64,000 nucleotides of DNA from Octopus sinensis (lineage: Eukaryota): contig NC_043004.1 in assembly GCF_006345805.1 (NCBI RefSeq), positions 1,178,001 to 1,242,000 on the forward strand, written 5' to 3'. Positions within the stretch are counted from its first letter, which is position 1. Every line of letters begins with the position of its first letter. The notes under the pieces were generated by a model that saw only the letters and a program-made list of their open reading frames with translations, made no database searches and was not told where the DNA came from. Below, one piece after another: positions 37,813 to 51,319 of this stretch. The translations under genes were made by a program, and so were the position numbers.

Positions 37813-40076
37813 TGTGTGTATATATATATATTTGTAAATATGTATGAGTGTGTATGTATATGCACATCATTGTCATCAACATTTAATGAGTGTTAAAAGT
37901 CGATGATGATGATGATGATGTGCGCATATGTATACACAAATACATATATTTTTTAAAATTTTAGCAAAAGCAACAGCGAGACCCAAGGTCTGAGAGTTTT
38001 GTGTGTTGGCACTTATCAACATACATGTTTACAAATACATATGTGTATATACACACACACACATATATATACACATACAAACACACTTTATACACATATG
38101 TACATGCATATATAATTTATATATACAATCTTTTGTTAAAATATACATGAATTTGTAAGTGTTCAATCTAACCCAAGCCAACTTTAACCAACTTGTGTTA
38201 AGTTGAAAATATGGAACAAAAAACAAACCAAAAAGAGAAAAAAATAGAACAAAACAAAAAAAAAAAAAAAACTCATCTTGTATAACATTAGCATGTGAAG
38301 AAGCTCACAACAGAATTTCAGAATAATACTTAATCCTGAAATTATTTAATAAATTAATAATTTGAAATAAAAAAAAATAACTTATGAAATATGAAATTTC
38401 CTAAACTTATAAAGCCAATGTCGTCAAAGAGACAAGTATGGTATAATTGCGTATGCTGTATTTGTACAACTTTCTACTTACTTTCTGATAGATCACAAGT
38501 TTCTTTTCTTTATACTATATTTTTGGATTGTTTTAATCCCAGATTTTTATTTATCAAGCCTACTTCAAACTGAAGAACTCTTGTACAATCTCTAGATTGT
38601 TCTATAACATTGTTTGTTGTTTGTCTGTAGCCTTCAGAACATTAGTTCTTGGCTTTCACAAGAGAAATTATTAATAATGGTAATAAAAACCTAAAGACTG
38701 TGTTTGAAGAGTTTCCTGTTCAGAATTAGATAACAACTAAAAGTATCATTAAAAATAATAATAATAATTATAATAATAATAATAATAATAATAGTAATAA
38801 TAATAATAATAATAATAAAAAAAGAAAACAAAACAAAAAAATGTAAACAGATCTCAGCAAAATAAAGGTTAAAAACAACAAAAAAAAACCTTATCAAAAA
38901 CAATATAAATATATATGATCAATAGTGTTTATATTCTATACTCTACAAGAAGTTCATTTTATTTGTAAAGTTTAATACCAAGTCTAGATATGTGTGTATG
39001 TGTGTCTGTATATACGTCTTTGTTTGCTGTGAATATAATGAGGAATTTTAAAATTCTATGATACATGATTGAAAACGAAAAAGAGAACCGAAAAGTTTAT
39101 ATAAAAATTTTTAAAACGAAAAGCCAAAGAAAAACAAAACTGTAATTTTAGAAACTTTAAAGATGCACAATATTCAGTAAAATAAAGAAGGAAAATAACA
39201 ACAACTATAATAATAATAATAATAATAATAATGAGAAGAAGAACAACAACAACAACACAACAACAAACAAAAATGAATGTAAAATTTGAAAGTGAAAAAT
39301 AAAGAAGTAGAAAGTGAGAAACTCTCTTCAATCTACATCAAATTGAATTCATTATAGGAAAGAAAGACTCTTGTTTCTGGCTCTTTTTACTGCAATGATG
39401 CAACAAAATATAAGCATACATGTAGAATATTTGGAAACCATCAACACACACACACACATATATATATACACACATGTACACACACACACTCTCACACACA
39501 CAAACATTAAGAGAAGCAAAGTCTTTGAATTTCAGGCTGATTAAAGAAGAACTCAGTTTTAAGAGGATTGGATGTGAAAAATTTGACAATAAGATATTGT
39601 GATAATTATAGTGATTGGAAGAGGCTAGTAGTAGTTGCAATTAATCTAGACAACAATATAGAATCTATTCCAAAAGAATCCTTACCACTCCTCCCCTTCC
39701 TCCTCCTCCACCGCCGCCATCACCATGACTACTGCCACTACCAAAGCTGCCCCACCCTCAGCCCCAAGTTAGCTGCGACTATTATTGAAAGCTCTAACTT
39801 ATATCATCTATAGGGTTCTAAGCTGTCCCTATGTATTATTTTACTTATGTCTCCCCTACTTCTTTCTACCTTACTGGGCCTTATCCCTGGCACCAGGAAG
39901 TGTTCTGTGGATTTCTAGACCAGCCCTGTTTAGAAGGTAACAAGTGATTAAAGAACATCCTGCCCCTACTGGATAAAATGTAAGCTCATTAACAGTTTTG
40001 TACTCATAAGGGCATTTGAACCAATCACTACAGACTAATAAAATACAACACACTTGCTTCTCAATGTAAAGAACAT

Positions 40077-41086
40077 TTTCTACTCTAGGCACAAGACCTG
40101 AAATGCTTGGGGTGAGGGCCAGTCAATTAGATCAATCTCAGTACGCAACTGGCACTTAATTTATCGACCCTGAAAGGATGAAAGGCAAAGTTGATCTCGG
40201 TGGAATTTGAACTCAGAACATAAAGACAGGTGAATTACCGCTAAGCATTTCACCTGGTGTGTTAATGATTCTACCTGCTCACCGCCTTAAATGTATATTC
40301 TTTTCTACTCAAGGCACACAGCTTGAAATTTTAGGGAAGCGGGCCAGTCGATTAGATCTATCCCAGTATACAACTGGTACTTAATTTATTGACCCAAAAA
40401 GGATGAAAGGCAAAGTTGACCTTGGCGGAATTTGAACTCAGAACGTAAAGACTGACGAAATGCCATTAAGCATTTTCTCTGGCATGTTAATGATCCTTTC
40501 TACTAAAGGCACAAGGCCTGAAAATTGGGGGAGGGTACATGTCAATTACATTGACCCCAGTGTATCACCTGTACTTAATTTATTGAGCCCTGAAAGGCAA
40601 AGTCAACCTTGGCGGAATTTGTACCCAGAACGTGAAGACGGATGAAATGCTGCAAACTTTTTTGCATGCTAACGACTCTTTATTACTCTAGGCACAAGGC
40701 CCGAAATTTTTGGGGAGGGGGGCCAGTCAATTCGATCGACCCCAGTACACAATTGGTATTTAATTTATCAACCCTGAAAGGATAAAAGGCAAAGTTGACT
40801 TCAGCAGAATTTGAACTCAGAACGTAAAAATAGATGAAATACTGCTAAGCATTTCACCTGGCGTGCTAACGTTTCTTTTCTACTCTAGGCACAAGGCCTA
40901 AAATTTTGGGGGAGGGGCCAGTTGATTAGGTCAACCCCAGTACGCAAATGGTACTTAATTTATCAACCCCGAAAGGATAAAAGGCAAAGTTGACCTCGGC
41001 GGAATTTGAACTCAGGATGTAAAGACAGACGAAATACTGCTAAGCATTTCACCCCGTGTGCTAACAATTCTGCCAGATCGCCACCT
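40077..41086 (-). mobile_element. Head-to-tail array of five family A SINEs
   Basis: Units start at ~40077, 40301, 40497, 40680 and 40876 with TTTCTACTCTAGGCACAAGGC; each carries the GAAAGGCAAAGTYGACC...GAATTTGAACTCAGAA core. Confidence 0.85.
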
Positions 41087-41670
41087 TAGAACCACAACAT
41101 CTTGCTATTGTACCCTGTGTATAAGCTCAGTAAGAATTATGTATTCTGGTCTTGGACATGGTGTGACGTAATAGTGATGGTAAATGACCAGTGCACGGAT
41201 ATTGATTTATAGATTTAAGCAAACAGCACATAGGTTTATCTGATTTGTAGATGTAAGTATACTTAGTCTTAGACCTTCAGATCTGTCAATCCCAGACCCC
41301 AGTCGAACTGTTCAACCCATACCAGCATGAAAAAAGGACATTAAACAATGATGATGATGATGTACCAAAATATGAGGAAAGACAGTGAATATGCTTATGT
41401 TCAATGAAATGTAGTGTAAATTGTTTTGGGTTTAAATCCAAAATAATGATATTGTGAAATGGAAAAGAGCCTGGCAATATCAAGTCAGTTTAGAAAATCT
41501 GTTTCATGATTTCTGAATTAAGTGGAGGACATAATAAACACATTGGTACATAGAAGAACTTGTGACTATTTGACAAACATCAACCAAAATGAATTATACT
41601 TTACATTGTAAGCTTGTGAGAGCTGGTGTTGTGTAAAAAAACACTTGGGCCAGCGCCATGTAAAGAGCAC

Positions 41671-42010
41671 CAATGCCAGTGTCACATAAGAAGTGTCTGT
41701 GCCAGTGCCACACGAGAAGCACTCATGCCAGTGTCACGTAAGAAGCACCCATTCCAGTGCCACATAAGAAGCACTCATGCCAGTTCCACGTAGGAAGCAC
41801 CCATTCCAGTGCCACATAAGAAGCAATCATGCCAGTTCCACGTAGGAAGCACCCATTCCAGTACCACATAAGAAGTGTCTGTGCCAGTGCCACACGAGAA
41901 GCACTCATGCCAGTGCCACGTAAGAAGTGCCTGTACCAGTGCCACATAAAAAACACCCATGCCAGTGCCACGTAAGAAGTGTCTGTACTAGTGCCACATA
42001 AGAAGCACCC
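41671..42010. repeat. 26-bp minisatellite (GCCAGTGCCACRTAAGAAGCACYCAT) inside an RTE 3'-tail copy
   Basis: About 13 units, followed by a degenerate RTE terminal module ending ATGATGATGA at ~42300. Confidence 0.88.
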
Positions 42011-42980
42011 ATGATGGTGCCATGCAAAGAGTATCCGTGCTCTTGCCATGTAAAATGTCACCATGCCAGTTCCACCTGTAGAGCATCTGTGCTGGTGCCA
42101 CATATAAAGAATGGTACTGGTGCCCCGTGAGATGCATTCAATACACTCTGTAAAGTAGTTGATGTTAGGAAAGGCATAGAAAACCATAGAAACCATGCCA
42201 GAAGAGACAGTTGGAACCTGGTGCATCTCTTAGGTCTTCCAGTTCTTGGCAAACCCACCTCATCCATGCCACCATGGAAACAAGCGTTAAATGATGATGA
42301 TAATCATAGGACATCACGAAATCCTTATACCTAATCCCTGATTATATGCTCTCATTAAGTGAGTTTTTCTTTTTTTTCTTTTGGTTTAGTTATGAGGAAA
42401 AAGCAGTGCTTATGGTCCTCACAGACCCTCATGGGTACAAATGAGGCTGACATGGTTAATCTTCCTCTTGAATAATTGCAAGTTTATCACTGCAAGACAA
42501 AAAATAAAAATCCAACAACAACAACAACAACAAAAAACATGGGTATGAAAAGTGTTCTGGAGAGGCAGGTTGGGAGTGGTGGTTAGCGTTGGCATTAGGG
42601 TTAGGGTTGAATGTGGGGAGAGAACACACTACGAATGATGAGCCGGGAAAGAGAAACAAGTGAGTTAGGAGTACTTAAGTGAAGGTGACACAAGACCAAC
42701 CAGTTTAGAGGAGCAGTGGAGGTGGTGAGCTGGCAGAATCGTTAGCACGCCGGGCGAAATACTTAGCGGTATTTCATCTGCCGTTACGTTCTGAGTTCAA
42801 ATTCCGCCGAGGTCGACCTTGCCTTCCATCCCTTCGGGGTCGATTTAATAAGTACCAGTTACGCACTGGAATCGATGTAATCAACTTAATCCCTTTGTCT
42901 GTCCTTGTTTGTCCCCTCTGTGTTTAGCCCCTTGTGGGTAGTAAAGAAATAAGTTTAGAGGAGCAGTGGCTGTTATAGTA

Positions 42981-43020
<40 letters not shown>

Positions 43021-44010
43021 AGTGAGGATTCCTATTATGTGTGAACAATTTAATGTAATGAGTCTCTGAATTTACATCCTGGTTAATAGAAACCTCAACC
43101 AGTTGGCCAACACCTATTGTTTAAAGGAAGGCTCTGTATGAAATATTTGATGTTTATGTTTCCCATCATACACTAACATCTCTGACTTTTAGCTTTTTAC
43201 CAAATTGACTAATTAACTCTTACTGACACAAACCACTAATAAACAGTTTCCTTAAATTATACTAATTACACTTCATCAATACCATATTAATTATACACTA
43301 ATTATAGTTCATCAACACCCTATTAATTTTTGTCTAGCTATAACTCTTTACAGTCAAGAAGTGACATCAATAAAGAAAAAAACAAAAACCAAAAGACAAA
43401 AAGTTCCATTAGATATTATCTGTGAAATTTTATTTTATTTTCAGTTAGTTGTGCAGAACTTGTGCAGATCTTAACAAAGCTAAGCAAGCTGTTTATATTT
43501 GCTATGTCAATATCTCCTGCCTGATCGAGACTTAAGCCAAGTTGTTCAACGGACACTCTGATATTTGAGTTATTGACAATCTCCCTTGGCACTTGCGTTC
43601 TGCTACAACCACCACACCACCCAACGGAAAAGAACTTGTTTAAGACTCTGACCGGTCTCGATTCAATCTCCTTCGATCCAACGAGATTTACAACAGCATC
43701 CCAGGGGACTGATCTCTGCTAACAAAAGCTGAATCGGTCTGTGGTCAGAGAACCAGCTGTTGTCCAACGTCGAATGTTGATTCTGCACAGCACCTCTGTC
43801 ACCTGCAATTTATTACGAGGGTGTCTTCATAAGTGAGAAATGCTGCGACATGACAATGCAGTGCTGCGTTAGCACTAACAAGATGACAGAAGCATGGAGA
43901 GAAAGGCGGTGGGGAAGGAGATAAGAAAGAAAGAAAGGAAGAAAGAGGGAAAGAACATAATGAATATGACCACCATTAAGACAACCATTACCACTCAGTT
44001 CTAACAACCT

Positions 44011-44552
44011 GTGCCATTTTTATTACCATTGTTGCTACCACCATCAACACCATTATCATGGCTTCTAACAACCACTGCCATTATTGCCGGACGGAACGAC
44101 CGATCATCACTACTGATGTTTCAACATCACCAAAACATACACAGACTCCCACTACAACCACAACCTCCATTACTACCATGGCCAACACACTCCCATCATC
44201 ATTTCTTGCTATACCACCACCACCTCCACCACTGCTGCTGCTGCTACCACCTCCACACTTACTGCCACTACCACCACTACGACGAAGATGATGACAACGA
44301 TCACCACCACCGCCGCCAGCCTCACCACCATCAGCTCCACACTTACTGCCACAACCACTGCCACTACCACCACCACCATTGTCATCATCATCACCACCAT
44401 CACAACCACTGCTGCTGCCACCATCACCACCACTACAACTACTACTACTACCACCACCATCACTACCACCACTACCATCACCTCCACACTCACTCCTACA
44501 ACCACTGCCACTACCACCACTACTACCACTGCCACTATCACCACCATCGTCG

Positions 44553-44645
<93 letters not shown>

Positions 44646-44680
44646 CCACCAGCACCAGAGCTCAGTGACTCAATAGCACC
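44011..44680. repeat. Long compound CAC/TAC/CAT trinucleotide tract ending in pure (CAT)n
   Basis: Directly visible; gives homopolymeric ORFs in five frames. Confidence 0.93.
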
Positions 44681-45644
44681 AAAGCCAGCCACAGTAGTGG
44701 GAGCTAACACAAATGGACCATGTCACTGAAGACTGAGAGGGTGGTGAAGCAGAGGAGGAGGTAGGCTGCAGATCAATTTCTAACACAGCTGTACAAGGAG
44801 CAAGGAGGTTGGCAGAATGGAGAAGAGCAGAGAGGCAGCAAGACTAAGACAATGAACGACGGTGGCAGCAGGAGTGAAAGATTGCTATTAGAAGAGGCAG
44901 AGGGGGGAAAAGGGATGAAGACAGAGAATGAAAGGAGGTGAAGTTCACAGGGAAGCAGAGGGAAACTGGTATGGAAGGGAAGGGACAAGGTGAGGTTTCC
45001 TTGTGTGCAAACACAGGCCAAATTGAAGATGTTGTTTCTTCTAACTCAATCAGCCAACCCAAAGACAGCTTGAGATTGTTAGCTAAATTACTACAGATAG
45101 ATATGCAGCAGTGATTTATCACCCACCACCCACCAGCACCACCGCCATTGCCACTACCACCACCACCACCACCACCACCACCACCACCACCACCATGATC
45201 TGTATTATTTGCTTTTGTGTCAAACAAGCAGAGAGATGAATTAGGGAGCATGAGCAGGAAGAGTGGTTGTCTGTTGCCCTTTGAAACTGCTAACAGCAAC
45301 ACCTTATGTCTAACAACACCTTCACATATAACGATTAGAGTCAACCTATTCAAACATTCTTCTCATGTAGATTGCTTCCACACCAAATTTCTAGGTCTAC
45401 ACACACTCTTACTTACAGTTACCAAACACCCAGAACTTTTATTCGTATTACCAACTCAATCAAACAAAAGAAAAATAGGCCAAAAAAATAAAAGAGATGG
45501 TTGTGACAATTACCATACTTCTAAGGAGGAAATTTTCTCAAACAATAATTTCATATTTCCTTGATTTTGTCTTTTTTTATTTTTCCTTTGAAGATTTTAG
45601 TCACTGTTCTACTGCCATAATTCCCTAAAAATTAATAATAATAG

Positions 45645-45787
45645 GCGTAAGAGTGGCTGTGTGGTAAGTAGCTTGCTTACCAACCACATGGTTCTGAGTT
45701 CAGTCCTACTGCGTGGCACCTTGCGCAAGTGTCTCGGGCCGACCAAAGTCTTGTGAGTCGATTTGGTAGACGGAAACTGTAAGAAGC

Positions 45788-45850
<63 letters not shown>

Positions 45851-46057
45851 TTAAGTGTCTGCTTTTGTCTCCCCAGCATCGCTTGACGACCGACGGTGGT
45901 GTGTTTACGTCCCCGTAACTTAGCAGTTCGGCAAAAGAGACCAATAGAATAAGTACTAGGCTTCCAAAGAATAAGTCCTGGGGTCGATTTGCTCGACTAA
46001 AGGCGGTGCTCCAGCATGGCCACAGTCGAATGACTGGAACAAGTAAAAGAGTAAAAG
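45645..46057 (+). mobile_element. Full-length family B SINE
   Basis: Complete head, core, internal (TA)(TG)n and GTAAAAGA tail repeats. Confidence 0.88.
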
Positions 46058-48094
46058 AGAGTAAGAAAATAACCAAATGAAGTTGACAACTTTTTTTAAT
46101 TAAATAGGGATGCATTGAACAGTACTAACTTATCCTCGTTTTCATTTACACTAGATGTGTGTGTGTATGAGTGTAAGTGAGGAAAAGTGGTTAATTAAAA
46201 AGTTCATTTAGTAACAACATGGTTCTGAGTTCAGTTTTACTACATGACATCTCTACATGGCCAATGCTTTGTGAGATTTGACAGACAAAAATTGCAAAAG
46301 AAAAAAAACAACAAAACACAAACATTATGTACAAAGCACCAACTGATCGTGACCGCTTGCCAGCCTTGTCTGGCCCCTGAGCCAGTGGCACGTAAAAAGT
46401 ACCCACTACACTCACGGAGTGGTTGGTGTTAGAAAGGGCATCCAGCTGTAGAAACACTGCCAGATCAGACTGGAGCCTGGTGCAGCTTCCTGGCTTCCCA
46501 GACCCTGGTCGAACTGTCCAACTCATGCTAGCATGGAAAATGGATGTTAAACAATGATGATGATGATCACCATCATCTTTTAATACCTGCCTCCCAGAGA
46601 TGGTTTGTTTGGATCCAGCGAAGGACAGCACCATGGTCCAATGTCTGCTTTGGCATGGTTTCTACAGAAGGATGTCGTTCCTAACCCTAACCATTCCACA
46701 GAATGTACGGTGTGCTTTTTTTCTCATGGCACCACCTTTAGTGATGCTGCCATGTAGCTGCAAGCCTAAGGTACCTGTTGACTGAGTTGGTGGTGGTGGT
46801 GGGAACTACAAGACCCCTTCGACTGAGGGAGGAGTAGAATCGAGGTTTTTGTGTCAGGTGATGAGAGATTAGAGTATGAATAGAGGGAAAGAAATAGGTG
46901 TCTTGCAGTAAAGGAGATAAATGGCTACCTCAGGAGGGGTGAGAGAGAGAGAGGGAGAGAAAGAGAGAGAGAGAGAAGGAGAGAAAGAGAGAGAGAGAAA
47001 GAGGGAGAGAAAGAGAGAGAGAAATGATGATGAGGGTGTGACAACGGGGTGCACTCAAGTTACAGGCAAGTGTATATAATTGGAGTGGAACCAAAGAATG
47101 GATAGGGTGAGTGGATGGGTAAATTTGAGAAATTGTGAAAAAAGAAAGATGGAGAGGTGGGAATGTAGTGAGTAGACATAGAAGGAGGGGCCATATGTGG
47201 CTCATCAATGTAGTGGCTTTACTTTTGTCAATGTGACAGGAATAAGGAATAAGATTAGTGGTTTGCATGATGTCTTTTGAAATGTCACATAACCGCATGT
47301 AATTTTTCTTCTCGGTTAGGTTGTGTTGAAGTGTTGCTGTAACTTCTGTCACATATACAAATGAATTTCTCATATATGCCTGATCAAGTGAGCAAGCGTC
47401 AAGGTCTTGGTAATTACAACTGGGAGTTGGCTCTTGGTGATGGTTACAAGTGATAATGTCCTTCATAGTGGGGCAGAGCTGTATTATATTTTTATCAAGT
47501 GTCTGTTAAAAATCTCCCTGTATTTGTGGTTTACCAGGAAATGCTTATCTAAAAGAGTCTGGAATTTCTGGCCTGCATTAGTTTTAATATAAAGGGAGAA
47601 GCAGGGGTGGGGCAAACCATATTATTTTCCTAGGTCTACTTTTATGATTCATATTTTTACTTGAAGCGTTGTAGGCAGAGCTTCTTAAACCTTCCCAAAA
47701 TAAAAATGACTGGTAAAAATACCAGTCCTGATAGAGGCTGCTTCCAATTATTTTGCAAAAAGAAAAAAAAGAAAAGAAAAATGATTGCCGAAGGTGGCTA
47801 TACACCTGAGTAATTACAGCATGTTGCTGAAACTGCGTTTTTCTACTTGCTGGAACATTTATTTCTTGGGAAGAAAAATCAACAAGATTTAAAGCTCTTG
47901 AAAATTGTCTGATGCATCTTCAAAGTGGAAATGTTGCAGGAAATATGAAATGAAAGTCTCTAGTGTGAACAGCATCACACACCTTATGTTTGTACTTCAT
48001 AATCACCTCCATTTCTCTAAATTGAGCCTATGTGCTATCTACATCACTTATGAACATCACCACTAATCTTAATCCATCTACCATTAATAGTGTA

Positions 48095-48530
48095 ATCCTT
48101 CCTACCATCATGAATCCAAATCCTTCTACAATTAATAATTTAATCCCTCCGACCATAACTAATCTAATACCTCCCACCATCACTAAACTAATCCCTCCTA
48201 CCATCACTAAACTAATCCCTCCTACCATGACTAATTTAAAACCTCCCACCATCACTAAACTAATCCCTCCTACCATGACTAATCTAATCTCTCCTACCAT
48301 GACTAATCTAATACCTCCCACCATCACTAAACTAATCCCTCCTACCATCACTAAACTAATCCCTCCTACCATCACTAAACTAATATCTCTTACCATCATT
48401 ATACTAATCCCTCCTACCATGACTAATCTAATACCTCCTACCAACACTAATCTAATCCATCCTCCTACCATCATTAAACTAATTCCTTCTACCAATCACT
48501 AATCTAATACCCCTGACCATCATTAATCTA
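48095..48530. repeat. 24-bp minisatellite (CTAATCCCTCCTACCATCACTAAA)
   Basis: 8-codon period seen as LIPPTITK/GGISLVMV repeats on the two strands. Confidence 0.9.
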
Positions 48531-51319
48531 ATCTTTCCTACCGCCATTAATCTTAATCCCTCCAATTACCATCATTACTTCTTTGCTACAATTATCTCTT
48601 GATTTATGATTTTAATCTGATGAGGAAATGTTGAGATTTGTTTGCTATTTACCTTCTCTTTTTCCCATCTGCCTCTCATCTCTCTCTCTTTCATATACAC
48701 ACAGTCCAACACTCATTATATTATCTTTCTCCCCACCCCACCTCTCTCTCTCTCTCTCTTTCCTTGCTTTGCTTTATCGCACTTGTTTCTCTTTGTATGT
48801 GTGTATAAAAGTATACCTCAATTCATGTTGTTTCAAGTTATGTCTTTTTTGACTTCATGTCATCAGTTTTTTTTTAAAAAGAAATTAATGGGAAAAATAA
48901 CCTCAACTTCAGTTGATTTATCAGACTTGAAGTCAGTCTTAGCAAATATATTTAAAAGCATGCAAGTTTTTTTTTTTAAATACTTAAAAACCAACACGAA
49001 AGTGGAAAATCAAATAAAATACATGTGAAAATATGTACAAATCATTTATTAGAACCACTAAAAGCTAATAAATTGTGAAAAATGTACATAGCTACAATGT
49101 TTACATTTATTTACATGTCTTTTAGGACCAAAAGTTCTAGAATTCCATAGTGAAGTAGCATTGTAGTTCATAGCAGGAAATTCAAATGTGTGTCTGTGTT
49201 TGCTGTGTATAAATTTTGTTTTTATACATCATACACTCCAAGGTTCCTACTGCCATATCTAAGAGTAGGAACTGTGAATGCACACAAACAACAATGTAAG
49301 TAATATCTAGGGTACCCAGACCATACATTTGGAGGAAGGCTTAAGCAATTAAAGTGTTAACTTTTACATGTGCCATCTAGTGGCTCATTGCTAACTTCAC
49401 ACAACAGCCATATGCACCAATGTACCATCAGTGGTACATCATCATCATCGTTTAATGTCTGTTTTCCATGCTGGCATGGGTTGGATGGTTTGACTGAGGT
49501 CTGGAAAGCCAGCGGCTGCACCAGGCTCCAATCTGATCTGGCAGTGTTTCTACAACTGGATGCCCTTCCTAATGCCAACCACTCCAGGAATGTATGGGTA
49601 CTTTTTATGTGCCACAGGTACAGGAGCCAGTCAGTCAGCCCTGGAAACGATCACGTTTGGATAGTGCTTTTTTATGTGCCACTGGCGTGGGAGCCAGTCA
49701 GGGGAACTGGCATCGGCTATGTTTGGATGGAGCTTTTTATGTGGGACTGGCACGGGAGCCAGTCAAGTGGCCCTGGTATTGATCATGTTTGGATAGTGCT
49801 TGTACATGCCACCGGCGTGGCAGCCAGTCAGAGGGCATTGGCTAGGTTCAGATGGTGCTTTTTATGTGCCATCAGCATGGGTACCAGTCAGGGGACATTG
49901 GCATCAACTACATTCAGATGGTGCTTTTTTGTATGCCACTGGCATGGGAGCCAGTCAGGGAGCACTGGCATTGACCACATTCAGATGGTGCATTTTACGT
50001 AATTTGAGTAAATCTTTTATTCTGTGTCTTTGACATGGTTTTGAGTATATTTAAATAACATGAGTGCTAAATATTAAAGTTTGATTATGAAATATTGTAA
50101 ACATTCCAAAAAATTACATTTTCTTGTAACTGAACAGTATGCAGTATGACCAAAAATATGTGGCATCACTGTAAGTTCCAGTAACAAGCCACATCAATTA
50201 ACACATTAGATCAAGCCCAGCACTTGACTGGGGCCTTATTTAGTCAACCTCATAAGGATGAAAGATGGAGGTCCCCCCAGCATTATGTTATATAGTCATA
50301 AACTGGTGATTCAGTTTGTCCCAGGTTCGACTCAGATACACGATATTGACAGAACTGGCAAAATATGATTATCCATCACACCTGAACTGTTTTGCCAGTG
50401 TATAACTTTCAGGTGTTTTAACAGCCAATGCGATGAGGGAGGCATCCTTCAAGCACTTAACCCCCTCCCCTGAACCAGTGAACAAATAAAACACACACAC
50501 ACTATGTGCAGTCAATAATGTTTACAATGCTAGCACTACTTTTAAATTGGTACTGGCGTCCGTATCAGTGACACGTAAAAGCACCAACTGATTGTGGCTG
50601 TTTGCCAGCCTGCTCTGGCTCCTGGCTATGTAAAAAACACCCACTACACTCATGGAGTGGTTGGCGTTAGGAAGGGCATCCAGCTGTAGAAACACTGCCA
50701 GATCAGACTGGAGCCTGGTGCAGCCTCAATGGCTTACCAGAACCTGGTCGAACTGTCCAACCCATGCTAGCATGGAAAATGGACGTTAAATGATGATGTT
50801 GATGATGATATGCATCGTTGTGGCATACCAACAAATGGCTTTTATACTATTTATATTTTGTCAGGAACTGGTGATTCTCTTTGCCCCAGGTTCGATTCAG
50901 GTATGTGATGTTGATAAGACATAGAAATGGCAAAATAGCGGTATCCCTCACTCTTGAATGAGATCTGGAGTGAGTTGTCTTGCCTGTCTTTGACATTCAG
51001 GCATTTCAACACCCAGTGCAATGGGGAAGTTGTTCTTCAGGTTCACAATGAACCAGCGAACAAACCAAACACACACACTGAGCATGTCTGGTCAGTAATG
51101 TTTACAACACTAGCATTGCTTGTAATTCATTACTGAACACACACACACACATATGGTGGTCTTCTTTCAGTTTCTGTCTATCAAATCCACTCACAAGGCT
51201 TTGGTCAGCCTGAGACCATGGTAGAAACACTTGCCCAAGGTGTCATGTAGTGGGACTGAACCTGGAACCATGTGGTTGGGAAATAAGCTCTGACCACACA
51301 GCCATGCTCTGAAATAAGT

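Noticed and set aside
38478-38620. Perfect minus-strand donor GTAAGT (also GTAAGG near 39870) as the missing UTP11 exon
   Set aside because: The upstream frames either contain stops or bear no resemblance to UTP11.
44011-44729. His-, Thr-, Ser-, Asp/Gly-rich ORFs of 116-221 aa
   Set aside because: Produced by a compound trinucleotide tract that is open in several frames; no splice or homology support.
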